Source: Vicugna vicugna (lineage: Eukaryota). Taken from it: a stretch of 64,000 bases of DNA. Within the stretch, counting starts at the first letter, position 1; every line of letters starts with the position of its first letter. Where the stretch lies: the NCBI GenBank assembly GCA_013265495.1, contig MU059953.1:4798501-4862500 (forward strand). Reading direction: 5' to 3'. A model generated the notes under the pieces. That model was not told where the DNA came from and made no database searches. It saw nothing but the letters and a program-made list of their open reading frames with translations. This document shows positions 27,701-40,900 of the stretch, piece by piece. The position numbers and the translations under genes are program-made.

Positions 27701-29154
27701 AACACCAACTACGCTCACACGGCCGCCTGTGGGGAGGAGTGGGTCTGAGACGATGGGAAAACATTTCAACAAAGAAACCACAAACAGTAGAGGGGGCTTC
27801 AACGGACGGTAATGCTGGATGAGCTGCAGAGGGTCCCATGAGGCGAAGGTCGTGGCTCAGCAGGCGGGAAAGCCACCTCCTGCTCACCCAGCGCTTACTC
27901 TTCCCCAGGAACCCGTGCCCTGGCGTCTCTCATCTCATCGCCTATCTTAAACCTCACCCACCTCCTGGAGGCGGACGCCCTGCCTCCGCCCCGGGCAGGG
28001 TAAGGGTCCTCCCATCTCTGCGTCCCTACCCTCTGCTTCTCGAGTCCGGGAGTCGGGGTGCTGATCTTGGTGGGCTGACGGACACTGGCCCTTTGAGGAT
28101 GGACATGGAGCACCAGGGTGGGCTGGGCAGGCCCTCCCAGTTGCAAAGGAAAAGGTGGGTGGGCCATGAGGCTGCACAGTGCACTCGGGGACCCCCCTCT
28201 GACTCTGGACACCCAGCGATGGTTGAGGGGGTTACCGGCCTGTGGGCGGCAGTGCCAGTGCCATCATGGGACCCATGGGCAGCCTCTCTGGGAGGGGAGA
28301 ACATTCCATGCACCAGGCTCCACCCCGGAAGGAGCCGCGTCTGCTGGAGGGTCCTGGAGGGACCTGGCGCTCAGCCCCCACGCCTTGCTGCAGACTCCGC
28401 ACTTGGCCCCGTTCAGCTCCTCCCTCCGAGGCTGCTGACCCTCTCCCCGTCCACACTGTCCTGGTCCTTGAAGGCTCCTTTCCAAAAAGTTCTGCCTGGC
28501 CTTGGGCTGGACCCTCTCCCCTGGGCCCCCCGCTGGCGCTGTCTCATTTCTCGACATTTCTGTGGGATCCAAGCCTCTTCCTCTGGGCTCCCCCAGTGCC
28601 CCCTGTCCTCTGGGAGCCCTGGGCCCCTTCTTGGGAGCCAGCCAGCTTAGACCACCCTGCCCCTCCTGAGACCTGCTCCATGACTTGGGGTGCAGGGCCT
28701 GGGCTCCGTGAATACCCCTCCCAGCTCAGAGGACATGGATGTGTTTTGGGGGCCTGAGGGGAGGACGTCACACATACTGAAGAGCCTGCCTCATGAGCAC
28801 TCCTTCACGGGGGGCGAGCACCCCACGCGGCCCCTCCACAGGGAACGGGGCTGCTCCCCTGTGGGCCAAGCTGCACATGCCCTTCGCTTCCGAGGCTGCG
28901 TCCCAAGCACGTAGGCCCCGCTTAGAAAGCCACACTGAGGAGCGAGCAGAAACGTGCCGTGCGCAGCCAGGACAAAGGGCCTCGGCGGCAGCAGCCCCAG
29001 GACAGGGCAGGCCGCGGGGAGCCTCTGGGTCGCACCCTGGCACCCACTTCCTGGGTTCCAGGTGTGTCTTGGGGAACAGGGCTCACGGTCGCGGAGCGCC
29101 GCACGCCCACTTTACAGGTGAGAGGCGCGTGGCTTGGCGAGGCTGCTGTGCTGG

Positions 29155-29335
29155 TGGGACGTCAGCCTGGGGCTGCCAGGGCCCACCTGCCCGCGCAAAG
29201 CAAGAGTCTTCAGCAACCGGAGCCGGTCAAGAGCTGGGGCGTGAGACCGACGTCTGGTGACTTGAAGGCCCGGATCCAGCTGTACCTGATGCCCCGGGGG
29301 ATCTTCTCAGTTATCTGAGCCAATAAATTTCATTT
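29155..29335 (+). mobile_element. ERVL-MaLR solo-LTR relic (MLT1J/K-like 3' part)
   Basis: ggatccagctgtacctgatgcc...atcttctcagttatctgagccaataaatttc resembles the recalled MLT1J end ggatccagccgtgcctgaagcc...gacttttcagttacgtgagccaataaattccc. Not verified by search. Confidence 0.6.
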
Positions 29336-29357
29336 TCTCTCTCTCTCTCTCTCTCTC
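29336..29357. repeat. (TC)11 microsatellite followed by A7
   Basis: Read directly: tctctctctctctctctctctc then aaaaaaa. Confidence 0.95.
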
Positions 29358-30262
29358 AAAAAAAGTGGGCACTGGGGCTCAGGAAGCAGAACGACTGGCC
29401 CCCTCAAGGTCAGAGCCCACATCTCCTCACAGCCCCGCCAGCCCATGCTCTCCGAGGGCTCAGGGCCTACAGAGCGCCCAGCACAGAGGACACACTCCCT
29501 GAGTGCGTGAGCCAACAAATGAACGCCCGTGTGAGTGCGTGAGCGAAGGAGAAGATGAACGCGCACGAGGGAGAGGGCCGCGCTGCAGCCGGGTCCCCAG
29601 GAAGGGAACTCCTGCCCGGTGCAGGGCCGGGGCAGGGCCGGCGCAGAGCTGGCCTCTCCAGCCTCAGCCACCGAGACGTGGGGAAACGGCACACAGCACG
29701 CCCCTTCCCCTGCCCCGCCCGGGACCCCAGCGTTCTGATCCCAGACTCCTGCTCTGCCGCTCTGGCTCTGCCTGGGGGCAGGGGTGGGGGAGCTCCTGGG
29801 GGCTCTCTCCGCAGGGGGCAAAGGCGGGGGTGGGGAAGGAAGCCCATGGGTGGCGACTTTCTGGGTTCGAGGTGGCTGGGAAGCTGGGGTGGAAGTTACC
29901 CAGACTGAGTGGGTGGGTCTGTGCCCAGGACCCAGGGCGCCCCTCCCACCCACCAGGACCCACCTGCCTCTGCTGAAGACCCCCTTATGGGGAGACTCCC
30001 CCCACACCCTCTGCCAGAGCCGAAGCCCCTGGCCCCGGGGGCGGCTGAGGCCACCTCGTTCACAGCGAGTACTTTCAAGGCTGCCTCTGGCCGATCCCCT
30101 AACACTGAAGTGTGGCCCCAGGCCGACCCCAGGCCACTGCAGGCGAGGGTCGGGGGGCCCTGGGCCAGCTCCAGTGTCCAAACTCCACTTTTCAGACTCT
30201 GCAAAACCAGTGGTTCTCAGCCCGTTTTCCTCCCAGCACACCCGACACAAAGCAAGAAATCA

Positions 30263-30700
<438 letters not shown>

Positions 30701-32238
30701 CTACATGAGCACAAAGTCGTGCGGTTATTGCTAAGTAAAAGGCAACATCACCCAACACGGTGTCTTTAAAATACTTAAAAATGTTTTAAAGGATTTACGC
30801 TTTAATGATAACATAGAAAAACGTTTTAAAAAAGATAATTCCAGCCTTCAACGCTTTAACCTTCACTGTCACACAGGTGACTTGGCACCAAATTACTGCT
30901 TTGCTTTCCAACTGGCGGGGTCTGCTCTTAAAAAAAGAAAGGAGCTGCCTAGGGTGGTGGGGCTGCCACTTAATTCCCAGGAAGGGGAGCCAAGCCCGAC
31001 CCCGCGAGCATCGCTGAGCGTCAGGAAAAGCAGCCTTCCTGGGAGCGGGGCTGAGGGACAGCCTGCAGCACGCCTCTCCCCCTACCAGCTGGCCGTTCCC
31101 CACACCAGCGGGCCTCTCCCCCCACCAGCGGGCCCTTCCCACCATCAGTAGGTCCGTCTGCATTTTTCTTCGGTTTGGAAATTCCTCAAATCCAGACCCC
31201 TTGGCTGTTCTCAGATTTTCCCCAGAAACTGACATGAACATCACTACTCTTGAGTTGAGCTACATTTACTTAACCTTTTAGAATGAGGCTGGTTTGTAAA
31301 GCGCGATTTGAGCTGACATTGTGCACTGAGGGGCGATCTGGGGGTCAGAGTGATGCAGGAAGAGCCAGTGTGACCCCGGAGGGCCAGGGGACACGAGGGC
31401 TCACAGGGCCAGCCGGTGTTCCCGGGCACAGAGTTAGAGGCAGGCCAGGAGCTGCACTCGCTCCGGAAACCTCGGGGAGGCTCCCAGCAGACGCCTGCAC
31501 GTGCAGGGGTGAAGGGAGAGGGTGCTGGAGGCAGGCGGCCTGGCCTCCCAGCGTGGAGACAGCCACGAGGCTGCAGAAAGGCTCTCCCACCCCCTGCCAC
31601 CCTCCCCACTGCTCTGGGTAGGGGACCGGCTGGGGGAGCTCTGTGGGGTGGACTCCCTGCCCCGCCTGGAGGAGGATGCATCCAGGATGTGTCCGCTGGG
31701 GCAATGCTGCCCCCCAGTGGTGCAGACTCGCCGGATCCTGGAGCCAGTGCCCACCACTCTAGCCCTCACCAACTTCAGGGTCCCTGTCCTCCCCAGAGGG
31801 CCTTCAGGATGGGATTCTGGACCCAGGTTCCTGCTTTCCCCTCCAAAACTCATGCATCACAATAAAACTGGAAAAGAAATGAGGCCATGTGAGACAGACT
31901 GCCCTCAACTCCTAAATACTCTGGCTTCGCAAGGAGGTGGGGCTGGACCCAGGGAGTGGGATTCTGACCAGGCCCCCCACACCCCCAGCGATGTGCCGCT
32001 CCGGCCCTGGCCCAGGTGGTGCTGGGCTGTGAAGGATAGACGTGGTTGGGTCTCTAGGTTTCCAGGGTCACTCTGCAGGGCAGCACCGCCCTGTGCCCAA
32101 CCCTGGCTTTGAGGGTTCCCAGGGTAGGGGGACAGCAGGTCCCCACTTGGTGGGCACGTGGGGGCTGGGCATTGATGGGGGACACAGCTAGGGAATGGCT
32201 TCCCAGGGAAATGACCAGGAGCAGAAGCATGTGAGATA

Positions 32239-32304
32239 GGGTGCAGGATGGGGTGCAGGAGAGGCGGTGCAGGAGAGGGGGTGTAGGACAGGGGGTGCAG
32301 GACA
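32239..32304. repeat. Small minisatellite, 5 copies of a ~12-14 bp unit with core GGTG(C/T)AGGA
   Basis: gggtgcaggat ggggtgcaggaga ggcggtgcaggaga gggggtgtaggaca gggggtgcaggaca. Confidence 0.8.
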
Positions 32305-32451
32305 GAGGCGGGCCTTCCCACAGGTGGGACATGGGCTTTTGGGAAAACAGCTTTGGTCTTCTCCCAGAGGGTAGGCCTGTGCACCTGCAGGTGCCCCGTG
32401 TCCCCCCAGGAAGTCACACACTGCAACCCTGGTGCCCTGGGGCCGGCTTAC

Positions 32452-32585
32452 CTCGCATTTGCCGCGCAGGCCGGTCTCCTGCAGCCGGGACCAGATGCTC
32501 TGGATCCTCCCGGCGTGCTCCGGGTGGCTGTTGGTGTTGCCGCAGGCGCACTGGTGCTTCAGCATCAGCGTGTCGTACACCAGGC
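32452..32585 (-). CDS. HDAC4: HDAC4 exon 15 (134 nt): (G)[44 protein letters not shown]
   Basis: Acceptor gcgccag|GC, donor GAG|gtaagc. Start of the deacetylase domain, with structural-zinc CxC and H residues. Confidence 0.98.
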
Positions 32586-34515
32586 CTGGCGCGGGGGGGC
32601 AGAGGCGGGCGGCGGTCAGGCGGGTGGGCGGGGTCCCGGCCGCTGGCCCACCCACCGCGGGAGGTGAGCCGCTGCTCCCCACGTGGTCTGAGCCTGAACG
32701 CTAGAGGGGAGGAGAGCTGAGCGGCCGTGCTCTGAGGGGCAGTGGGACGAGCAAGGCGCGGAAGGCCCCCTGCGCCGCGGGCTCAGCTCTCTTGCTGTAA
32801 GCTGCGTGGCGACGTCCCGGGGCTGTGCTGGCCCAGGAACGAGCGATCTGGCCCCAGATCAAGCCTGCCTGCCAGGGCGCCTCGTTGCTGAGGAGCTCGC
32901 CCTGTGGACGGGCTGAGATCGGTCTGAGGTTCTTGGGGCTCAGAAGACAAACCTCGTTCCTGCCCTCAGAAGCCTGCAGAGCAGCTGGATGGGTGCGCAG
33001 AGCACACTGACACACTGACACCAGTGCGTTTAAAGTCACCCTAGAGAAGGCTGTAACCTGGGACCAGGAACTTGCACCAACCACAGGAGTTTGCACTTTC
33101 CACCCGGGCTGGAGCTGAAGGCCGTGAAGGCCTGATGGTGCCCAGCACAGAGCCGGCCCTCAGGGCACCCAGAACAAGGTCACTCTCGGGAGGGACGCCC
33201 AGGCAGCCTGGGAACCAGCCCGGGATCTGCTGCAGGGAGATGGTGGCGCTCCAGGCTGGTGGAAGTGACCGACGTCACTCTGAAGAGGCGTGGGGGGCGG
33301 GGGAAGCCACCTGTCTGGAGACGAGGGCGGGCAGGGCCAGGAGGTCTGCTGCCGCTCCGCTCCCTCCTGGTGCACCTCCCGGGGGGAGGGTCAGCCCCAG
33401 GGACGTCTGCCAGGAGGGGCGGCCTGCTCCCCTGCCCCAGCGCTGTGCAGACACCTCGCTCGCGGGTCTCCCGGGGGTGGGACGAGGGTAGGTCGCTGGG
33501 CGAAAGGGCGCCCTCGCAGGCAGGACAGCCGAGAGGGGGCACCTGTCACTGGCGCCTGTTTTTTAAGAAGTGAAAATGAGAACAAACCAAGAAAGTCCAT
33601 CAACAGAGAGGGGCCACCAGCCGGCACTCTGGGTGATGTCATGCTGGCCCGTGGGGACCCCCGAGCGCCCGGGAGGCGCCTGACGTGGGAGCCTTTCCAC
33701 TGTGGTCCCGGGCCCGGGGTCGGTCACCTGAGCTGTGCCTTCTAAGAAGGAGCTCACCTCAGCCAACAGCCAAGGACTTAAGACTTAAAAAGCGTCGCCC
33801 GCTGATTCTGTTTGGGGCACTTTGCAGTTTTCTGGATTTCTTTTCTGAAAAGCCACCATTTGACTTCTGGAGCATGACTATGAGCCTTTTCTCTGAGCGT
33901 GAACAGTGTCCTTTTAGACCTGCCAAGGGGAACGCAGCCACTTCACTCCGCACGTTGCAGCGCGCGGGACGCAGGGCGTTTTACCAGGGCTGTCTGAGGA
34001 GGGATGGATGGCCTGGTCCACGTAAGTTTGTCTTACTACGTTGTTGAGAAGAAACACCAGGTGAGTGAGACAGGCGCCGTGGGAGGAGCTCCCCAGGCCG
34101 CCCTCAGGTCCAGGGCTTGGGGGGCACCGCCCGGGGGCAGCTCTGGGGTCAGAGCCTCAGACCCTGGTGGACGCCTCGCTCAGCCACACTTCTGTCCTGA
34201 CTCGTGGTGAGTGCCCCCCAGGCAGAAACCGAGAGTCCTGCCAGCAGACGGCCCCCCACCGGGTTGGGGGTGCGGGGCGGATGAACCAGGGCCCTGGCAG
34301 TGGCGGGGGACACTCGGTGCAGAAGCCAGTGCCCGAGCACGGTTCTCACTCGCCGTGCACCTGCGCACGTATGCCGGGGGAACCCGGGCCACACGGGCAA
34401 GGCCAAGGGGGCTAAGCCAAGGGGGGAGCGGGGTGATCAAGCGCAAGTGCCCCCCCGGCCCCTCGCCCTCTGGCCCGCACAGGCCCCAAGGGGGTGCTGC
34501 CCCCGCCCTCCTCAC

Positions 34516-34702
34516 CTGTGGTGAAACGCGGCTTGCTGGGGGGCTCCTGCACAGACATGGGGAAGGTGGCGGACGCAGGGGAGGACTGTGCCCGGGACAG
34601 AGGCCGGTGGCCGCCGAAGGACACGGGGATGCCGGCGGCCTCCATGGACGCCTGGTAGTTCCTCAGCTGGTGGATCCGCTGCTGCTCCAGCAGGAGGGCT
34701 TG
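34516..34702 (-). CDS. HDAC4: HDAC4 exon 14 (187 nt): [62 protein letters not shown](G)
   Basis: Acceptor cccccccag|CAA, donor CAG|gtgagg. Contains the RAQSSP 14-3-3 site (S632 equivalent). Confidence 0.98.
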
Positions 34703-37700
34703 CTGGGGGGGAAACAGGCCACTTCTGTCGCTGCAAGGCGCTCTGCCTCCCGGCGCAAGGGCGACATCTGTCCCCTTCCTGCAGTCACCCACCCACCCCT
34801 CCGCTTGCCCCTGCGCAGACCCCCTCCCTGTGCTGGAGGGGTGGCAGGCGAGCCAGGGAGACTCGGCCCTGCTGACGAGACTGGAAGTTCCCGAGAGACC
34901 CTGACAAGCCAGGTCAGAGATGACAGGGTGGCCTGACCCCGCCTGGGGGCCGCAAGGGGGCCCTGAGGGGGTGGCACACGTGGAGGCGGGTGTGGCAGCC
35001 ACAGGAAAGGGCTGCCCAGGAGGGGCTGGGAGGTGTGAAGGACGGGAGGGACTCAGCTGGCTTGGCCGCCCTGCAGATGCCAGGGTACAGCCGCCCTCCT
35101 GGCAGGGCCTGCTGCCACCTGGCGGTGCCCAGGGTGCCCGGTCTGCACGCCCGGACTCGGTGAGAGAGCACGTGATTGTGGGAGATGCCGCCTCTCCTCC
35201 GTCCCCACTCCTCCCCGTCCCGGTCTCAGGTCCTCACGCGAGGACAGAAAGGGTGGCTGAGGCAGAGGAGAGGCACGGGGCCGGAGGGGTGTGGGTGCTC
35301 CCCTCTGAGGAGTCAGGACCCAGAGGGGCAATCCCCAGGGCCCCACTTCAGCCAAAATAACCAGAATAAAATGGACTGAGTTAAACACACACTTTACATA
35401 AAACTCTTTTTCACAGAAATCAGGTTTCACATGGAGAACTGGCTTCTGTGAGAGACTGCAGGGCCTAAACCTGAGGCAGGAGCCTGAAAACCAAGGGGCC
35501 TCGGCCCGAAGGCGAAGCCACCCGGAGCACCTGAAGCCGGGGACGCAGGGCCCCACAGCCAAAGCTGGACGGGGCTCACCACCCGTCCTCTCCACTGCAC
35601 TCTGAGCCGGTGGAGAAACACGCAGGGAAGCTCCACGAGGGGCTGTGGGGCAGACGGGAGAGGGCCTGGGACCCAGGCTCTCAGGGAGGTGGGAGGCAGG
35701 TCTGTGGAGCCTGGGTCCCAGGGATGCAGACCTGACGGGAGTCCCCTGGGAGGCAGGCAGGAGAGGTGGGGTCCTGGAGGTGCCCTGCCAGGGGGTGGCT
35801 CTGTCTGCGGGGAGCAGGGGCTTCCTCCCAGGGCGGGTGGGAAGGAGGGAGGGGCAGGACACCCCACTGCACAGGCCCAGGTGCCAGAGACAGCGAGCTC
35901 CTGGGCGACCCTAAGCTCCAGCCCTGCCCTCATTCCTACCAGGCAACGCTGTCACTTGGGAAGACCCCTGTCCCCTGTGCGATGAGCAGGCCCTCGACCA
36001 GGGTTGTCGCTGGGCTGCAACCACAGGGGAGGAGAGCGCCTCGGCCGGCTCCCGGTGCCCCCGGTGCCCCCGCTGCCTTTAGGACGTGGAGCGGAAGAGC
36101 CAGGGACAGGGCAGCCTGGGGAGGCCCTGCAGGGAGTCAGGGGCAGGTGGCCGCACCCGGCACCCCCCCCCGCCTCTGCTGACGGAGCTCCCGAAGGCTC
36201 ACACAGAAAAGAGCCCTCTGTAGACACACGCGGCCTGCAGGAAGCGGTGACGCCTCGCGTTTCAAATCTGCTGACTGCCGCCTGTGCCACCGAGGTCCCC
36301 TGACAAGGAGCTGTGCTTGCGATTCTCCAGAGGACACAGAAACCAAGGGCTCTTGATGACTGTCTCAGCCTGGTTTTCCTGGGTACGTGCTGACCCCTTT
36401 ACCACTGATGAGACGCTAGACCTAAAGGCTGATCAAAATGTCTTCCAATCTCACATCAGCGTGAGTTCTCGTTACATAAGGGACCGGTGTCCTTCATGAA
36501 CTTTCGAGGCCCCACCACCGGCCTGGGAGCGAAGCCCCGTCTCGGGTCCCGCCACCTGACGGCCCGCCAGGCATGGAGAGAGTCCGCATGATGGCAAGAC
36601 AGCGACTTCCTCGTGCTGCCTCCTCCCAGCTTCCCCTAAGCGCCGGTTCCAGTGCCCTTTGTGGAGCAGTGGCTGAGCGCTAATAATATGGCCTGAGGAA
36701 TCAGCCAGGCCGCCTTCTGAATGAGAAACAGGAAAAGCATTGCAGGGCCAGCCGCCTGCATTGCCCCACCCCGCAGTGCAGAAGCCGGGGCGGGCCCGAC
36801 GGCTGCCACAGAGAGGCCTCCAGAGAAGGCAGCGCTAATCCCATGCTGCACACAAGGGTCACCTGCCTGTTTTCACTGCAGGTGCTGCTGGGAGGTGGAC
36901 AAGCAGCAGGGGTCCCGCCGGGGCTGTCAGAGTGGAGGAGGGGCTTGGGGGGCAGCCGGCACGAGGTCCAGCAGGGAGGAGCGGGCGAGCCAGGGCCTCG
37001 CACCCCAGGCGTCCAGCGCCACTGATGGATGACTCGACTAGATACCAGATTCCACGCCCCGCTTGTCAGGAACAAGCCAGCCCCCAGGGCACTCGGGCTT
37101 CTAACCCGGGGTTGCTGGCCCGTGAATCCTGGTGTCCTGCTGACCTGGCAGCTTTACTTTTCACTGTATGTCAACAACGCAGTCGTTCGGCGGATTTATC
37201 CATCAGTCTCTTGTGAGTTTGTCGGCTCACACCAGTGCCCAGGAGCCATACCGCTCCGGGCGCCTGGGCCACGCTGCCTCCCTGGGTCTGTAAAGCTGCT
37301 CACTAGGTCGTCTTGGCCCTAAAGGTCCTGGCATCAGACACTGAGCAGATGCTGCCTGCCTTTTTGATTAATTAATAAATCAGGGTCTCTTCTCTACCTT
37401 TATGCTGAATCCACCAACACTTGAATTTGTGTTAATCTACAGCCTACAGACCTGACGGAAACCATCCGCAGGGAGTTTAGGGTCTGTGTTTAGCTGGAAC
37501 GCAGGTGCATAAACACAGGCAGTGGGCAGGGGCCGGGTCTCCAGGTACGACAGCTGTGAGACAGACGTCTCCCTGCACCTGCCTCCCACATCACAGAGGA
37601 GATGGACGAGGACCTGGGCAGGCAGGAGGAGGGCGGACGCCCTTCCGTCTCCTCCGAGGTCACTGCCGGAGCCCAGCCCACCCGCCTGCCCCTGCCCCTC

Positions 37701-37737
37701 GCCCCCCCCATGCCCGCCAACCCCTCCGCGGGGTCAC

Positions 37738-37995
37738 CTGTCTGAAGAGCAGCTCCTGCTCGGTGGGCTGCCGCTGGCCCGGCTCCGCCTCCCGGGGGGG
37801 CTCCGCCTCCTCGTCGTCACTCTCGAGGGGCTCCTGCTTCACCTGCACCCCGGCCAGCGCGAGCGCCTCCTTCTGCCCCGAGAGCCGGTCCAGGAAGGGC
37901 TCCTCCAGGAGGGCCTGGTGTTCCCGCAGCTCCTCCTCCGTCTCCTCAGGGTGGCTCTCGGGCTGCCGGGCCGGCTCGCTTGGCTTGGGGATAAT
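37738..37995 (-). CDS. HDAC4: HDAC4 exon 13 (258 nt): [30 protein letters not shown]...[18 protein letters not shown]...EQELLFRQ
   Basis: Acceptor tgttgcag|ATT, donor CAG|gtgacc. Acidic region with the VKQE SUMO motif. Confidence 0.97.
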
Positions 37996-40900
37996 CTGCA
38001 ACACAGAGGTAACGGATGGAGCTGGTGTGAGCCGGGCGAGGGAGGTGACGCGACAGGAGAAGGCACGTCACAAAGCCTCATCTCAGACACAGAGGGACCA
38101 GTCACCCAGGGACGCGCTCATCCTGGGCCGAGGCCCCTTCTACTCACCCACACCGCGTGGGTGCCGGGCGCTGTCCGTGGTGCTGAGGAGGCACACCGCC
38201 CAGCATTTGGCGCGTGCTATCAGGCACCTGTGTGCCAAGCAGAGCGAAGCACAATGCGAGTCACGGGCGTCACCCCTCGGCTGCACCTGGGCGTGAAGGG
38301 GGAGGCTGACAGCACCCTCCTTCCTTCACGGCCATGGCCTCTGGGAGAAACACCGCCTGTCTCTCCTCCACCTGCCACCCCACCAGAAACTCACATCCTG
38401 GCACTCGCTGCCAAGTCCGGGCTGTGTGATGAGCTTGCTGCCAGCACTCCACGGGGGACAGCCGGCCTCTCCGGCCCTCTGCGGCCCCTCAGCCCGCTCA
38501 CTCCTCAGTCCCCAGTCTGCCCGGGGCCTGCTGCCCAGCACACTGAGCTCTTTGGCAACCGGATCCCTTCTCTGCTGAAGGCTCCACATGCTGGTGACCC
38601 CCAAACGCAGGTGCGCAGCCCAGACCGCCCTCATTTCTAGACCCATCACCCAATGGCCTGCTGGACATCCGGGCTCGATGTGGATGCCCGGGGCACCGGC
38701 ACGCACGACCCGATACTGAACTCAGCACAGCTTCTTGCAAACCTCTCCTTTCTCTCAGACTCCTTCCCAGCGAGTGAACCACTCTCCTGCCCCTGCTAAG
38801 CTGCAGCCTGAGCTCCCACTGACCCTCCCCACTCCGTGCCTGCCCAGCACTGCCAGTCTCAAGCATCTCTGGAGTGCGTGGTCCCCCTGACCTCGGGCTC
38901 CTGCTCGTCCCCCATCAGGCAGCCTGGTCTGTGGGCTGCTTCCTACTTCATTTTGGGAGAGACAAGAATGAGGGTTTAAGGGCTGATGTGAGCCCCAGAG
39001 GTTTCCATCTCTGCTCCACAGCACTCTCTCCCACGTGGTGGGGCGCGGCCACCAGCCCGGGCACACTGCTCTCTCCTTCTGGGGCCCTGGCCTCTCGGGT
39101 CAGCTTGGGTGGGAGTGTCCCCTCCTCTTCCCTGCAGCTTCACTCCCTCAGGGATCCCAGAGGCACCAGCCTCATTCCCCCAGCCTGTCCTGGTGGGGCC
39201 TGGCTGGGCGGGGGTGGATGGGAGCTCCGGGCCGTCCGAGGGAAGGAGAGGGGTTTGGAGGTGACGAAGGCCTGGGAGGAGCGTGCAGACTGGGAACGCG
39301 GAAGAGCCTGCACACGGGGCCAACGTCCCAGGCCTCCTCTCCTGCCTCCCTGGCTTCCTTGGAAACTGAGGGCATCTGAGCAGAGCCCTCAGACCCCACC
39401 AGAGGAGTCAGGACACTCTGGGCTCCCAGGAGAGAGCCCAGCTCTGCTGAAGGGCTCCTGGACGCCTGGAATGCGCCCACCCCACCGTCGGGAGAAGCTC
39501 TGGGCAGGGGCTGGGGTAGCTTGGCTGCTGCCAGCCCCCCTCAGGCCCCGAGGCGGGTGTCTGGGAGGGTTGTCACTACAGCAGTGGAGGCGTCGCACGC
39601 AGCAGCCTCCCTGTGAAGACGCAGACGCTCATCCTATGTGCGCCAGGGTCGCCGCTCAGCAGTGCCACCGGTGCCTGCACGGCCGGACTCTCCCCCTGCT
39701 TCCCACGGGCTGGGCTGTGCACTGGGCCCTCGGCAGAGCCACCGTCTGGGGTGAGGCTCGTCTGCCAGTGGAAACGTTGGCAGCGAAACTGGACAAACGA
39801 ACCAGCTCTTCGTCTGGCAGGACCTTTGGGAATCTTACGAGTCCCCTTCTCTCAGCTGAGTAAGAACGAATGCAACTCCGTGTTTGGAACAACAAATTCC
39901 TAAAAGCCAGGCTGGAGTCCAGGGCCAAAGCCAAACCAGCGAGCAGGTCAGGACATCAGGGTGACTGGATGCGCTCACCGTCAGGCCAGCCGGAAGCGAG
40001 CCCCAGCTTTCACACTCAGAATTGAGGACGTCGCATTAAAGGGAACCTGCCCAGCTCCAAGGGATGCGCTCCCACCCGCGGCTCCAGAGGACCGAGCCGG
40101 TGCATGGCGTCTGGCCGCGGCCGCAGGCGCTGCTGTCACAGCAGAGCGCTGGACTCCAGGCTGCAGGGAGCCCTCAGATACCCTCTTTCGACAGAAAAAC
40201 GCACTTCTGCCTCTGCACGTCTCCCCTTTTTCACAAACGGCCCTTTGATGGTAACGCATTCTCCAGAAAGTTCCCCCACTCAGCAAAGCCTTACTAAGCA
40301 CCACTGCACTCAAGACAAAAACACAAACTTCGAAGGTCACACCCAGCTGGAGGGCAGGGCTGGTCACTCCCAGCACGGGAAGGAGAGGTGAACAGAGCCA
40401 GCTCCTGGGCCCACCTGCTCCCCCGCAGACTTTTCTCAGCCAAATGGGGCAGCTGTCTGGAACGTGGACTTCAGGGGAAGTCCGGCGGCCACGTGGAGCT
40501 ACTGGGAATGTAACTGGGCCGGCCAACCTCCCTAAGGGTGACACCACTGGAGCAGCAGACTGCGCCAGGGATGACGGTGAGCTTGGGGCCCGCCGGCCAG
40601 ACAAGCAGAGCTGGACGGTACCAGACATGGTCGTCAGCTCCCGAGTGCCCGGGAGAGCAGAGCGTGAACACGACTCAGCTGCCACTGGCTGCCGCGAGTC
40701 AGTCACGGAGCAGAGTCCAGAGAGACCAGCCCACTTCCACGTCATTCTGCTGAAGAACGTGCCACATACGAACACGTGTTCCCCGTCCTCCTAAAACCTC
40801 CTACCCCCTCGCTCAGATAACGATGTGATCAACTAGGAAGCCAGCTGGCATCAGGAAGGTGCTGTGACATGCCTTTGACACTCGGGGTGAGCAGACTTGG

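Noticed and set aside
37522-38640. 372-aa plus-strand ORF, and other long ORFs (15214-16227, 38874-39863, 42735-43730, 24790-25761, 29330-30250)
   Set aside because: Low-complexity Pro/Gly/Arg/Ala translations with no recognisable domain. They are expected in GC-rich DNA, and several are just shadows of real HDAC4 exons.
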